Assembly (NCBI RefSeq): GCF_009914755.1 | Contig: NC_060938.1 | From: the human T2T-CHM13v2.0 reference genome, Homo sapiens | DNA length: 64,000 nucleotides | Direction: 5' to 3' (one strand) | Part shown: positions 39,645-52,511 of the stretch, in pieces | Layout: the number at the start of each line of letters is the position of its first letter | Numbering within the stretch: position 1 is the first letter of the stretch | Position numbers and translations under genes: made by a program | The notes under the pieces: model-generated | The model's database searches: none | Seen by the model: the letters and a program-made list of their open reading frames with translations, nothing else | Told to the model about the DNA's origin: nothing

Positions 39645-41518
39645 GCTATTTGCCATTATTTGGGTGGGAGAAACTTATCTAGAGAGAGGGGGCTGGAGAA
39701 GGGTTAGGCAGATGCTCCATGAGAGATGGAGAGAGGACCCCTGGGTTCTTCAAGGTATTCCTGGTCTAACCCTGAGGCTTAAGGCTCCCTGCTATCCGTT
39801 AGGGCTGGCAGGCCATCCTTCCACTGTCCTCTGCTGTGGTCATCATTCTTCCCATCTCTGAAACCCCTGTGCACAGTGCACCAGGATTTGGCAAAAACCT
39901 TCATTCAAAGCAAGTCATCAAGGAAAACCTGAAGGTGGGAATGGGGGTGGGGGTGTCACAAATCCCCTATTTCTTAAAAATGTCCAAAATCTGAATTCAC
40001 CTTCTGGCTTAGTGGGGAATTTCATTCAGCCAATAATACAAGTTATAGTGTAGTGAGTGCCTCTGTGCTCAGGGCTTAGCTCTTTAAGGAGTTGAGAAAG
40101 AGAAATAGTGTGTGTGCTCGTGGTACACAGTAGGTGCTCAGCAAAAGCTGGCTATTACTGATACTAGCGGCGACGCCTTTTCTGCAGGCTGTTCTCTGTT
40201 TGCCAGTTCCTGCCCACCCCTGCGCCCCACCAGATCCTTTCTCTGCCCTGTTTTGTGCCCTGAGAGGCTGACCCCTTTGGACTGAGCTGCTGGGCTTTCC
40301 TGCCAGCTGGCTTCCTCTTGGGTTTGGTAGTGGGAGCCCTGGGCAGGAGAAGAGAGAGGCTAGGGTGTTCCTTCCCATTCCCTCCCTGCTTCTGCTCCAC
40401 ATCTTTGGGAGTAGCTGAATCCCCTGGTCACTGCAGATCACCCCCTCCAAGCACCCCTCTTCTCCATGGCTCCAGCTCCCACCCTTTCCTCCCCTGGCTC
40501 CTTCAGCTTTGAGCAGGTAACAGCTCCCTGCTTTTGCTAACCTCTGGGAGCCTCACCTTTGCATTTTTTTCCCTTAACTCTTTCCACACCACTCCACATA
40601 GTCTCTTCATTAAAGCCTCCTCCTTTGAACCCTTGAAGGGACTCTGAGTAACACTTTATTTAATACTTATGGCCAACCCCTGCAAAATACTGAGTCCCAG
40701 GGAGGTAAAGTGGCTTACTTGAGGTCAACAGCTTGCCAATGGCTAAGCCAGGATTCCAGGCCAGTTCTGCTGACTCTAAAGGTGGGTTCGTTATTTGATC
40801 CTTCACTGGCTGCCTATTTCAGAATAAGGTGACCCGCAACAAGTTCCCTCTGCATGTGAGCCCTGCCTGAGGGCTGAGCCTCTGAGCTCTTCTCTCCTCT
40901 TATTGCTGACAGCCATGCAAAGAGCTGTTTCCTCAGGTGCAAACTGGGAGCCATGGGGACGCCCCGTGAAGCAAGGGGACAGGTAATTTTTACTTACAGG
41001 TTATGTACTAGGAGTCTGGTGCATCCACAGCGCCCTCAAGTCTCACCCTGGGCTGAGGAGTCGAGGGTAGCACACGTCATTTGCCGATTCTGGTGGTGGA
41101 CATAGAGTTACATGAAAAGGTCAGCTTGTACCTTTCTTGGGCAAATGTTCCAGCCCTCAGCTCACTGCACTTATGTCTTTTGGATGCTACAGTGTGCGGT
41201 GCTCATGGTGCCTGGGGAACCTGGAGGAACAGAACCTGCCGGGCTGGCCTAGCTTGGAAGGTGGTCACATCTCATTGACAGAGAAGCTGAGAAGGGAAGG
41301 ATGAAGGTCACCTTCTGCAGGGGAAGCGATTTCCTTATTCCCCCCTCCCTCCCTTCCTCCCTTTTTCCTTCCTTCCTTTCCCCTTTGCATCCATCCATGC
41401 ACCCATCCACTTCGGAAGCACTTGCTGTATGTCTAACCATGGGTAGGCATTAAGAGGGATTTAGGGAAGAGTGAACCTTATCACTGCCCTCAAGAGGCAT
41501 GTCTCACTTGATGCCCTG

Positions 41519-42061
41519 TGTATTAGTCAGGGTTCTTCAGAAGGATAGAACTAGTAGGATAGACATATATATGAAAGGGGGTTTATTAAGGAGAATTGGC
41601 TCACATGATCACAATCCCACAGTAAGCTGTCTGCAAGCTGAGGAGCAGGGAAGCCAATCCAAGTCCCAAAACTTCAAAAGTAGGGAAGCTGACAGTGCAG
41701 CCTTCAGTCTGTGGCCAGGAGCCCCTGGCAAACCACTGGCTTAAGTCCAAGAGTTTAAAAGCTGAAGAACTTGGTGTCTGATGTTCAAGGGCAGGAAGCA
41801 TCCAGCATGGGAGAAAGCTGAAGGCCAGAAGACTTAGCAAGTAAAGTCCTTCTATGCTCTTCTTCCTGCTTTATTCTAGCCGTGCTGTCAGCTGATTAGA
41901 TGGTGTCCATCAGATTGAGGATGGATTGAGGATGGGTCTGCCTCTCCCAGTCCACTGACTCAGACGTTAATCTCCTTTGTCAACATCCTCACAGACACAT
42001 CCAGGAACAAAACTTTGCATCCTTCAATCCAATCAAGTTACACTCAGTATTAACCATCACA
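41519..42061 (-). mobile_element. ERVL solo LTR (MLT2A-like)
   Basis: tgtattagtcagggttc...attaaccatcaca with perfect TSD CCCTG. Confidence 0.9.
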
Positions 42062-43746
42062 CCCTGGATGCATATTGTCTCCACGTTCAAATCCCACTGT
42101 CTCTGGGATGGGAGGTGTAGGTGTAGAAAAAACTCTGAACTTGGGAAACACTGAATTGACTGAAAGAACTCTGAGCTGACAAAGTTTATGCTGAACTAAC
42201 AGAACTCAACTAGAACTGAACAAGATCAAGTCTCCTCCACCAGGCAGGGTTGAAGTCTGAGGACTCAGTGGTGGTTCCTGTAAGCATGTGGCCTTGAGCT
42301 GGGTCCTGAAGGATGGGCAGGATTTCAGCAGCCAGAAAATAGGGGAGAGAAAACACTGGCTAAACAACCTCTGAGCAGTGCCCCAAATGGACTCAGAGCC
42401 TCTTGTGGTCATGCTGTGTTCCTCCAGTTTGTTCATCTGCCTTTGCTCCTTTTTGTACTTCTCCGGGCATGAACAGTATCTTATTTCTGTATGCAAAAAC
42501 CCAAGAATGTGGCTCAAAGACTGAAAGATGAATATAGAAATAGTACTAATAATGATAATAATGCCTGCAAGGATAGCAGCCATTCTTTTTATTTGTTAAA
42601 TGTCTTTTAAGTGGGAGAATATCTGCTATGTGCTAAAATGACCCTATGAGGAGGCATTAGTCCTATTTTTCAGATGATCCCAAGAAAGGCTGAGGCGGTT
42701 GTTCAAAAGCAAACAGCTTATAGAGGCTGAGGCAGGCTTGGCATGTTGAGCTACATGACACCCAGTTCTGCATTCTTTCTATCCTAAGATGACTTCTTGG
42801 GAATAAGCATATTCTTAGGTTGCTGCTAAGGTAAGAAGAGAACCAGAGGGTGGCTTGAAGGCTTGGTTAGGCTCTTGAGTATTGAAAAGAAAGAAATTCA
42901 TATAGCACTGGTTTGAAGCTGTTATCTATAACACACACACACACATACACACACACCCCACACCCATGAACAAACACCTGTTTTTTTCTTGGTTTAATAA
43001 TTTGATCTAGAGATTTTTTTGACACACTTTCTTGGGATGAAATGGCCATTGTTTTTATCTGATACATCAATTTCAAGCATTTGGTAGGGCGTGCATCGGA
43101 GACTGGGTTAAGAAGTGTTTGAGACGCCATCTCTTTGTGAGATTATGCCTTAATCTGTTAACTATGTAATCATGACTATCTCGGGTATGGAGAGAGGAAG
43201 TGGTAAAATAGATATTTTAGTATGAATTAATCATGCTCTGGAATACCTAGGAGTTTCGAAAAGTGAAGGTGGGGGAAGTGGGGTAGGGGAGGAGAGAGAG
43301 AGGTGTAGGTTACTAGGAGCCAGGTTACCTAAATTAATGAAGTTGATAAAATCTAGGACTCTGGTCCTGGGGAGGATGTTGGATATCTGGTCTCATCTGG
43401 TCTGGGAGAAGAAGGTATGGAACAGTAGAACAATTCATGATGTAGGACCCCAGACAATGAAAGGTCCTAAATACTACATAAAAGTCTTGGAAGACGCAAA
43501 ATAAAGGCATTTCTGGTCAAGAAAGGGATCAGACTCAGAAAACCTAGGAGCCAGAAGACATTTTAAATATCACCTAGGACAGGGCAGTAGTAAATTTTTT
43601 CCATCTAAGCTGCCATCTTGGGTTTCTTGTTGTGGTTCCTGGAGTATTATCTTGAGAAGGATTCTGAAGCTGTGTCTGAACAAAGATGGAAATAAGGGCC
43701 ATGGTTGTTAGCGATGTTGTCATGGGTGTGAGAGCAGAAAGGGTAG

Positions 43747-44111
43747 TGTATTAGTTTTTTTTTTCATGCTGCAAATAAAGGCATACCCGAGACTGGGTAA
43801 TTTATAAAGAAAGAGGTTTAATGGACTCGTAGTTCCACATGGCTGGGGAGGCCTCACAATCATGGAGAAAGGTGAAGGAGGAGCAAAGGCATGTCTTACA
43901 TGGTGGCAGGCAAGAGAGCATGTGCAGGGGAACTGCCCTTTATAAAACCATCAGATCTCATGAGACTTATTCACAATCATGAGAATGGCATAGGAAATAC
44001 TTGCCCTCATGATTCAATTACCTCCCACTGGGTCCCTCCCATGACATGTAGGGATTATGGGAGCTACAATTCAAAATGGGATTTGAGTGAGGACACAGCC
44101 AAACCATATCA
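43747..44111 (-). mobile_element. THE1-type MaLR solo LTR
   Basis: tgtattag...catacccgagactgggtaatttataaag...ccaaaccatatca. Confidence 0.9.
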
Positions 44112-45060
44112 GGGCGGCACACAGGCCATGTACTTGGCATTGTGAGTCTAGTCAAGGGCCCTTAATTTATAGATGAGGAAGCAGAGGCTGAAAGAAATGA
44201 TAGGGATGTGCCAAGAGTTACAGAGCTGGGGGCTAAGTGAGCATTAGAATCCGCCTCTTGCCTTCTGAGCAAGTGTGTTTCTACTCCACCATGCATGCTC
44301 TTGGGACTGGCAAAAAAATCAGCCAATTCTCAGAGGGTCTAATGGGGATAAACACCTGATATCAAGTGAGTATTGATTGTGACCGCCACAGTCCTGATGA
44401 TCTTCACCTGCAGGCTCTTCTTTATTGAACAAATAAGATTTTTAGCCTGTTTTCTAGTTCCCTTGATCCTGTCTCTGGATTTTTGCCCCCATTTCTTGAG
44501 CACCTACTATGTGCTTGGAACTTTACATGAAACACCTTATTTAATCCTCACAACAACCCTACAAAGAAGCTGTGATTATCCACGTCTTTGTGAATGAGAA
44601 AGTGACATTCAACGGACTTACTGGAGATGATGGAATTTGTGAGTAGTCAGTGCCAGGAATGGAACCCAAGCTCCTACTATACTTTTGTCATGTCAAATTG
44701 CTTGGGCTCTTGTAGGTTTCCAAACAACCTTGTCTGGTGTCTTTATTTGTGGAACAGCATTGGGTGTCAAAATTCAACTGTGGTAAAAGTTCTATGCTTA
44801 GAGCCCCATCATTTGACATTAGCTGGCTTTTAGATTTCAGTGGGCGATGACTTCTCTTCAGTGTCAATCACTTCTTCCTAATGCAAACAGTAGCACATAA
44901 TCAGTTCCCAGCTCATCACACCCTACAAGAACTTCCTCTACTAAAATGCTGCCTAAAGTCCTCCTGACATTTGTACTCATCCTGAGAGTTCAAGAAGGTG
45001 ATCAGGCCACTGCTACACCTCAGGACACCTCCCTTTGTACAGATTAGAAAAAAAAAAATC

Positions 45061-45487
45061 TATATTAGTTTGCTAGGACTTCCATAACTGAGTACCACAA
45101 ACTGGATGGCTGAAACAACTGAAATATATTGTCTCACAGTTCTAGAAGCTAGAAGTCCAAAATCAAACTGTTGGCAAGCTTGGTTCCTTCTGAGAGCTGT
45201 GAGGGAATGATCTGTTCCAGGCCTCTTTCCTGGGCTTACAGATGGCCATCTTCATGTTCATACAATGTTCTGTCTGTATCTTCACATTGTGTTCCCTCTA
45301 TGTGCATGTCTTTACATTCAGGTTCCTCCTTATAAGGACACTAGATGGGTTAGGGCCCTAATAATCTCGTTTAACTTGATTACCTCTGTAAAGTCCCAAT
45401 CTCCAAAATATGCTCACAATCTGAGATATTGGGGATTAGAACTTCAACATAAGAATTTTTGGGGAAATATGATTCAACCCATTACAG
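45061..45487 (-). mobile_element. MLT1-type MaLR LTR
   Basis: tattagtttgctagg...gtaccacaaactgg...gtctcacagttctag...attcaacccattaca. Confidence 0.8.
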
Positions 45488-45923
45488 CATCTCTCTGCCC
45501 ATGCATAACTTGACAAGTAATAGTATGCCATTCAACGTTTTATTATGAAAATTTTCAAATATAGCAAAGTTGAAAGATTTTTACAGTGGACACCTTAAAC
45601 CTATTACTAGATTCTACCACTGACATTTTACTAAGCATGTTTTATCACATATTCTCTGGGGTAATGACATCTTTGTGCAAAGAAAAAAAAAACCTCTTCA
45701 ACCAGATGGATGCCACCATACAGCAGATACATCACTTGGCAAGTAGCACCTGGGTTGGGATTCAGGCCTCATGCTCCCTCTGCTAGGCACCCATGTGCAG
45801 TGCACAATCTGTACTACTGGCCACATTGACCCAAAAGACAATCCTCTGAAGAAGCAGAGCAACAGAGTATCTACAAAGCCCTTGCTTCTTTTTACAAAGA
45901 AGTTTATGATTCAACGCTGTTCA

Positions 45924-46262
<339 letters not shown>

Positions 46263-46772
46263 GTGTTCACTGAACTTACATGGAAGTCACACATAGCATG
46301 ATGTGTAGCCAGCCCAGGACTGGCATGTGGTGGCACAGAGTATAGGATAAATAAGTGAATGAATGATTCATGCAGCATGAGATGGTTGAATGAATGAATA
46401 ATTGATGGACTGAATCTACTTCTTCATAAGCCTAGTTTATGTGAACAATGACTAGCAATCAAAAAAGTGTCCAGACACCAAGCACAGGGAATGCCCACTA
46501 GGAAGATATATACTCTTCTTAGAAGCAGCTTTGATGGCACAATTACTGAAATGATTCAGATGACAGTTATTCTGAAACCCTTGCGCTGACAATTCATGTT
46601 GCTCTTGTTAGATTTCTGCTCCCATTCAGTCCCCCACCAGATTCTGGGAGGAACTTTCCCAGCATGTAATGATAGAGGTTAAAGGTGTATATGTATGTGA
46701 CTCTCAGTGGGATCACCATCCAAGGCCAAGGGAGAAGCCTTGAAGATCCAGCCAACAAAATGAGCAAAATCA

Positions 46773-46870
46773 TGTTTATCAGGTCAGTGACTCTTGGAGT
46801 TGCTGGTGCTTCCCCAGGCTGGAGATTGAGTTAATATTAACAGGCCCAAGGCGATGTGGGCTTGTGCAAT
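46773..46870. promoter_or_regulatory. Candidate hepatocyte enhancer (FOXA, nuclear-receptor IR1, HNF1 and C/EBP motif cluster)
   Basis: TGTTTAT 46773; AGGTCAgTGACTC 46781-46793; GTTAATATTAAC 46830-46841; TTGTGCAAT 46862-46870, all within 100 bp of non-repeat DNA. Confidence 0.6.
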
Positions 46871-47637
46871 CATAGGCCCGGCCACCTCCCCCGCAGTGGA
46901 CAGTCCTGTACATTCACCCCACCTCCTGCACCCCAGTTATAATGCTCAGGAAGGAGAGAGGTGGGCTGGGACTCTGAACAGCAGCGTATGTTTTCTCTCT
47001 GAACCAAGAATGTCGAACTCCAGGGGGCCGCATCAGCATCCTTTTAGTGGATGCCACCGAGTCCTGGGGGCGTCTGAAGGCACCACGTCACTGTCTCTGG
47101 GCGCAAGGGCATGTTGTTGCAGAGAGGGCAACAGATGTGCATGACAGGAAAGTAAGCTCCGGGATCTCCTTACAACTGATCTTGTCTCCCAACAGATTCC
47201 CTTCGCCGCCGCCAGAGTGAGCCACCGAAATGCAAATCTGCCCTTGCCACTACCCCATTTAAGAGCCTCTTCACCCCAGCAGCATTTTGCAGCGTGTCCC
47301 ATGGAACAGTAGAGATGATTTGTGAATAAATAGGCTCCATGGTCTAATAAGTTTGGGAAACCGCATCCTCTTTCTCCCACGTGCAGAAATATTTTCATAT
47401 CCTAAATTGTAATATTTTAAAGGATCTGGGAAGTCCTGCAGTAAAGATTTATCCAGTTCTTCAAACCCATTTGACCAAGAAAACTTTACTCCCCTAACGC
47501 AAACTAACCCCAGAGAGAAATGTCTCGGGGGACCGTCTTCCTTTAGGACAGCTCCCTGCCTTCTCTGTCCAGGACGGAACCTCCCTGAGCTCCCACTCGC
47601 CCACCCACCCTCCCCTGTCTCCCAGTACCCACTTCTA

Positions 47638-47681
47638 TTAAGTTGGTGCAAAAGTAATTGTGATTTTTGCCATGACTAATA
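47638..47681. mobile_element. Half MADE1 (Hsmar1 MITE)
   Basis: ttaagttggtgcaaaagtaattgtgatttttgccat matches the Hsmar1 terminal inverted repeat. Confidence 0.8.
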
Positions 47682-50399
47682 TTTGATTCTTAAATTAATA
47701 TTTGGTACTTTTAAAAAACAGAAAACTGTAAAGAAGAAAATAAAATGGTCCATGATTCCACTACCCAGAAAGACTCCACTTATTATTAAAAATAAATAAT
47801 ATGTGTCTTTATGAGATTCTGTCCAAAAAAATAATTTTGTGCCTCTACTGGATATCCTCTTTAGGGTCTAGGTACTCCTAAGATTACTTAGAGAAAAAGT
47901 CAAAGTCTTTATAGGTGCACAACTGAAGAGCCCCCGTCCACAGCAGGCACTGCTGTCATTTCCCCGGCCTCTTCTTTAGCTTCTCTCTCTCTCTCATACT
48001 TTCCACTGCTCAAATCACATGGTCTCCCTGCTTCCCTTGATCATACCAGACACATTCCTACCCCAGGGCCTTTGCACTTCCTGTTTCCTTAGCCTGGCTG
48101 ATCTTTTCCCTAGATACTCATATGGCTTGCTTTCTCACCCGCCTTGGGTCTCCAATGCCACCTTCTCATTGAGGTCTTCCTTGGCCATTCTATCTGAGTG
48201 TGCCCCACACCCCAGCACCCCCATTCCTCTCCCTGCATTATTTTTTCACTGTAAGACTCATCAACTTCCTCTATTCTATGCACAATATTTACTTACCTGG
48301 TTTATTTTCTGCATCCCTCGCTGAGCTCCTATGGGCAGGTATTTTGTCTGTTTGTTCACACCTGCACAGCCAGTGCTTGGCACATACTACACGTTCAGTA
48401 AATAATTCTTGAATGAATGTGTGTGTTCATGGAAGAAATCAGGCTGTGTACACTGTTCTGTGTTTTGCTTCTTACCATAGTTTTTGCTTTTAGAGATCTC
48501 TCCCTGTGAGCCTCTACAGAGCTAGCCTCATGATTTTTAAAGACTGCACCTCTAGTATAGAGGCACATCTGAATTTATATCATCAATTTCCTATTGATAG
48601 ATTTTTTTTTTTTGCTCAGCAAACAATCCTGCAATTAAAAAGAAGAATTTTTTTACATTTGTTTTGTTTATTAATATTGTCATGGGGTAATTCCCATTAA
48701 TAGACTTTCTGAGTCAAGTAGTAGGGTTTTGTGTTCTTTTAACTTTAATATATGCTACCAGCTTGTCTTCAGAAATAGCACAAATTTACATGCCCTCATA
48801 TGACAAATGACAATGTCTGTTTCTTTACATGCTCATAGCTCTGCATATTACCAACCTCGTACATTTTTGCTAATCAGATAGCTGGAAAATGCCACTCTGT
48901 TAAGTTGATTTGCATTTAAAAAATTGAGAATGGGGTTTAGAATTCTTGCATATTTCCATTGTTAATTTGTATTTTTTTGTAGACTACCTACCTAAATCCT
49001 TTGTCCATTTTTCTTCTGGATTGCTTACTGTTTCCCTATGGATTTAAAAGAGTTCTTTAAAACTAAAATGTTTATCTTAGTCATATCTGTTATACAATTT
49101 TTTAGTTTATCCTTTAGCTTTTTTATGGTATTTTAAAAATATGCAGTTGAGTATCTATTTTTCTAAAAATTGATGTAAAAATACCATTAAAACCATAAGG
49201 ATTCTGAGTAATAGTAATATGTTAGAGATTTGACTGGTTTATTATGAAAATATTGGCTGCACAATTATTATTATGTTTGTTATTTAAAGATAATTTGTAT
49301 TTAATTTTTTTAAATTGTAGTAAAGTACACTTAGTATAAAATTTATCATTTTGACTATTTTTAAGTATATAGTTTAATTGTGTTAAGTACATTCTTTGTT
49401 GTGCAATCAATCCCCAGAACTATTTTCATCTTGCAAAACTCAAAATCCATACCCATTGAACAATTACTCATTCTCCCCTGCACCCAGTACTTGGCAATCA
49501 CCATTCTACTTTCTGTCTTTATGAATTTGACTATTCTAGGTACCTCATATAAGTTGAATCATATAGTATTTGCCTTTTTTTGACTGACTTATTTCACATA
49601 GCATAATGTCCTTAAGGTTCATCTGTCTTGTAGCATATGTCAGAATTTCCTTCCTTTTCGATGCTGAATGCTATTCCATTGTATGTATATACTATATTTT
49701 GTTTATTCATTCACCTGTTGATGAATTTGGGTTGTTCTACTTTTTACCCATTGTGAATAGTGTTTCTGTGAACCTGGGTGTACAAATACTTCATCAAGAT
49801 CCTGCTTTCACAGTTTGGAGATTTCTCAAAGAACTTAAAACATAACTACCATTCAACCTAGTAATACCATTACTGAGTATATACCCAAAGGAAAATAAAT
49901 TGTTCTACCAAAAAGACACATGCACATGTATGTTCATTGCAACACTATTCACAATAGCACAGACGGACTCAATCTATGTGCCCGTCAATGGTGGATTGGA
50001 TAAAGAAAATATGTTACATATATACCATGGAAGATTCTCCTTCTGCCATAATTTTAAGTTTCCTGAGGCCTCCCCAGAAGCTGAGTAGATGCCAGCATCA
50101 TGCTTCTTGTACAGCCTGTGGAACCATGAGCTGATTAAACTTATTTTCTTTCTTGTGTGGAAACACGGCTGATTTTTGTGTGTTGATTTTGTATCCTGCA
50201 ACTTTGCTGAATTTGTTTGCAGTTTAACAGTTTGTGTGGTGAATCTTTAGCATTTTCTACATATAAGATTATGTTGTCAGTGAACAGAGATAAATTTATT
50301 TCTTCCTTTCCGATGCGGATTCCATTTTATTCTTTTTCTTGTCCAAGGGCCCTGGTTCGAAACTCCAGTTCTAAATAGAAATGGTTAAAGCAATCATCC

Positions 50400-50737
50400 T
50401 TAGTGAGCATTATTATATTAGGATTGTACTTCTGCAGAAATTTGACAACTAACAGGTATAAAGTGCAAAAAGGAAAATACAAAATAAAATAAATAGTAAC
50501 ATGGCAACCCCCAGTTTGCATAATGGTCTTGAGCTATGAACATAGGCTTAAAGGCAACTAATTGAATAAATGAAATGACCATGGGAAATTAGGTGAGACT
50601 TGTTGTCACCATGTGAACTGTTTTTCTTCATTTTCTGTATATGGGTCTTAACTTCCCAGAAGAGTTTACTCAGGTACAGCATATAGTATTAGCAATAGCA
50701 CAGACATTTCCTCATTTAGCCAGTAGATACTAAAGGA
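50400..50737 (-). mobile_element. Orphan ERV env transmembrane-subunit fragment
   Basis: Minus strand 50729-50645 reads YLLAK*GNVCAIANTICCT*VNSSG: end of the immunosuppressive domain plus the CX6CC motif of gamma-type Env. Confidence 0.7.
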
Positions 50738-50810
50738 TCTACATCATCCAATTTTGTCTACATCATCCAATTTTCAGTGAACAGTTGTTCCTAGTATTCT
50801 CTTATAATCA

Positions 50811-51088
50811 TTTTTTTTTTTTTTGAGAGAGAGTCTCTCTCTGTCGCCCAGGCTGGGGTGCAGTGGCATGATCTCGGCTCACTGCAACCTCTGCCTCCCG
50901 GGTTCAAGCAATTCCCTACCTCAGCCTCCCAAGTAGCTAGGATTGCAGGTATGCTAATTTTTGTATTTTTAGTAGAGATGGGGTTTCACTATCTTGGCCA
51001 GGCTTGTCTTGAACTCCTGACCTCGTGATCCACCCACCTCAGCCTCCCAAAGTGCTGGGATTACAGGTGTGAGCCACCATGCCCAGGC
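50811..51088 (-). mobile_element. AluS SINE with a small internal deletion
   Basis: Poly-T followed by reverse Alu; TSD approximately tataatc/tataatt. Confidence 0.9.
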
Positions 51089-52511
51089 TATAATTCTTTT
51101 TATTCCTGCAAAAAAGTCTCGTAACATCCACTTTTTCATTTCTGAGTTTAGTTATTTTGGTCTTCATTTTTCTCTTAGTCAATCTAACGAAAGAATTGTC
51201 AATGTTGTTGCCCTTTTCAAAGAACCAACTCTTCATTTTGTTGATTTTCTCTGTTATTTTTCTATTGTTGATGTTCTCCCTTATTTTTGTATTATCTGTT
51301 TTGTAGGTTTTGCTCTAATCTTTAGTTTCCTTCTTTCTGCTAGCTTTAGGTTTAGTCTGTTCTCTTTTCTCTCTAGTTCCTAAAGGTGTAGTTAGGTGCT
51401 GGTTTGAGATCGTTATTTTTTAACATAAATATTTTCAGCTACAAATTTCTCTCTTAGCACTGCATTTTTGCACACGAAATTTTGGTATGTTGTGTTTTCA
51501 TTTTCATTTGTCTCAAGATAGTTTCTAATTTTCCTTGTGATATCGTTAACAATTGATTAAGAGTATGTTGTTTAATTTCCTTGTATTTGTGGATTTTCCA
51601 GTTTTACTTCTGTTATTAATTCCTAGTTTCATTTCATTTTAATCAGAAAAAGATACTTTGTATGATTTAAATCTTCTAAAACATGCAAAGACTTGTTTTG
51701 TGGCCTAATATATGGTGTATCCTGCAGAATGTTCCATGTGCACTTCAGAAAAATGTGTCTTCTGCTGTTTTGGGGTAGAGTGTTCTGTATGTTTATTAGG
51801 TCCAGTTGGTCTGTAGTGTTGTTCAAGTTTTATGTTTTCTTATGATCTTCTGTCTGGTTGTTCTATTGGTAATTGAAAGCAGGAAATTCTCCTACTATTA
51901 TTGTGTTGCTGTCTATTTCTTCCTTCTACTGGGTCAATGTTTCTTCATATACTTCAGAGTGCTGATGTTGGGTGAATGTATATTTATAATTGTTATATTT
52001 TCTGAGTGAATTGAATGGCATTTTTGGCATACAGTTTGCATTTTTAAAGGTAAATATATCAGTCCTTGCTTTGTGACTTTTGGGTTTTCTACCTTCTTTA
52101 GAAAGGACATATCCACTTAAAAAATTAAGAAAATAAATTACTTCTTACTTTCTTCCAGAACATTGATGTTTCTGATGTTTTAATATTTGATATACCCAGA
52201 GGTCTCAACACTATTATTTACCTTGGACTTTATCCTTTAACCCTCGAGCTCATTGTGGTCCACAAGAATACAGATCCCATAGCTTTCTCCCTACTGTGTG
52301 GCCTCCCCAATTTACCCTTTTGTTACCCATGTCCTCTTTATTTATCTCTCCTAAAAAACTCTTAACACTCAATTAAGTGTTCTGATCCACCTCCAGAGAC
52401 ATCTCTCTTTTGTTATTGCTGGCTCTCTCTATCCCTTAAATTTCCTCCTAGGAAATAACTACCTTTTATATCAGATGAGCTGCAGAATTAGAGATACAGG
52501 CTGGAGAAACA

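Larger units (their letters stand above)
49300..52050 (-). mobile_element. Antisense L1 (L1MB-like) mosaic with inserted L1, MST, ERV-env and Alu pieces
   Basis: L1 3' UTR at 49300-49810; ORF2 remnants KSWFFEK (51236) and DQLDLI (51826). Confidence 0.8.

Noticed and set aside
40990-41220. Strong minus-strand donor-like GTAAGT at about 40997 as a candidate exon of the relic gene
   Set aside because: The upstream sequence shows no serpin-like translation that I can recognise
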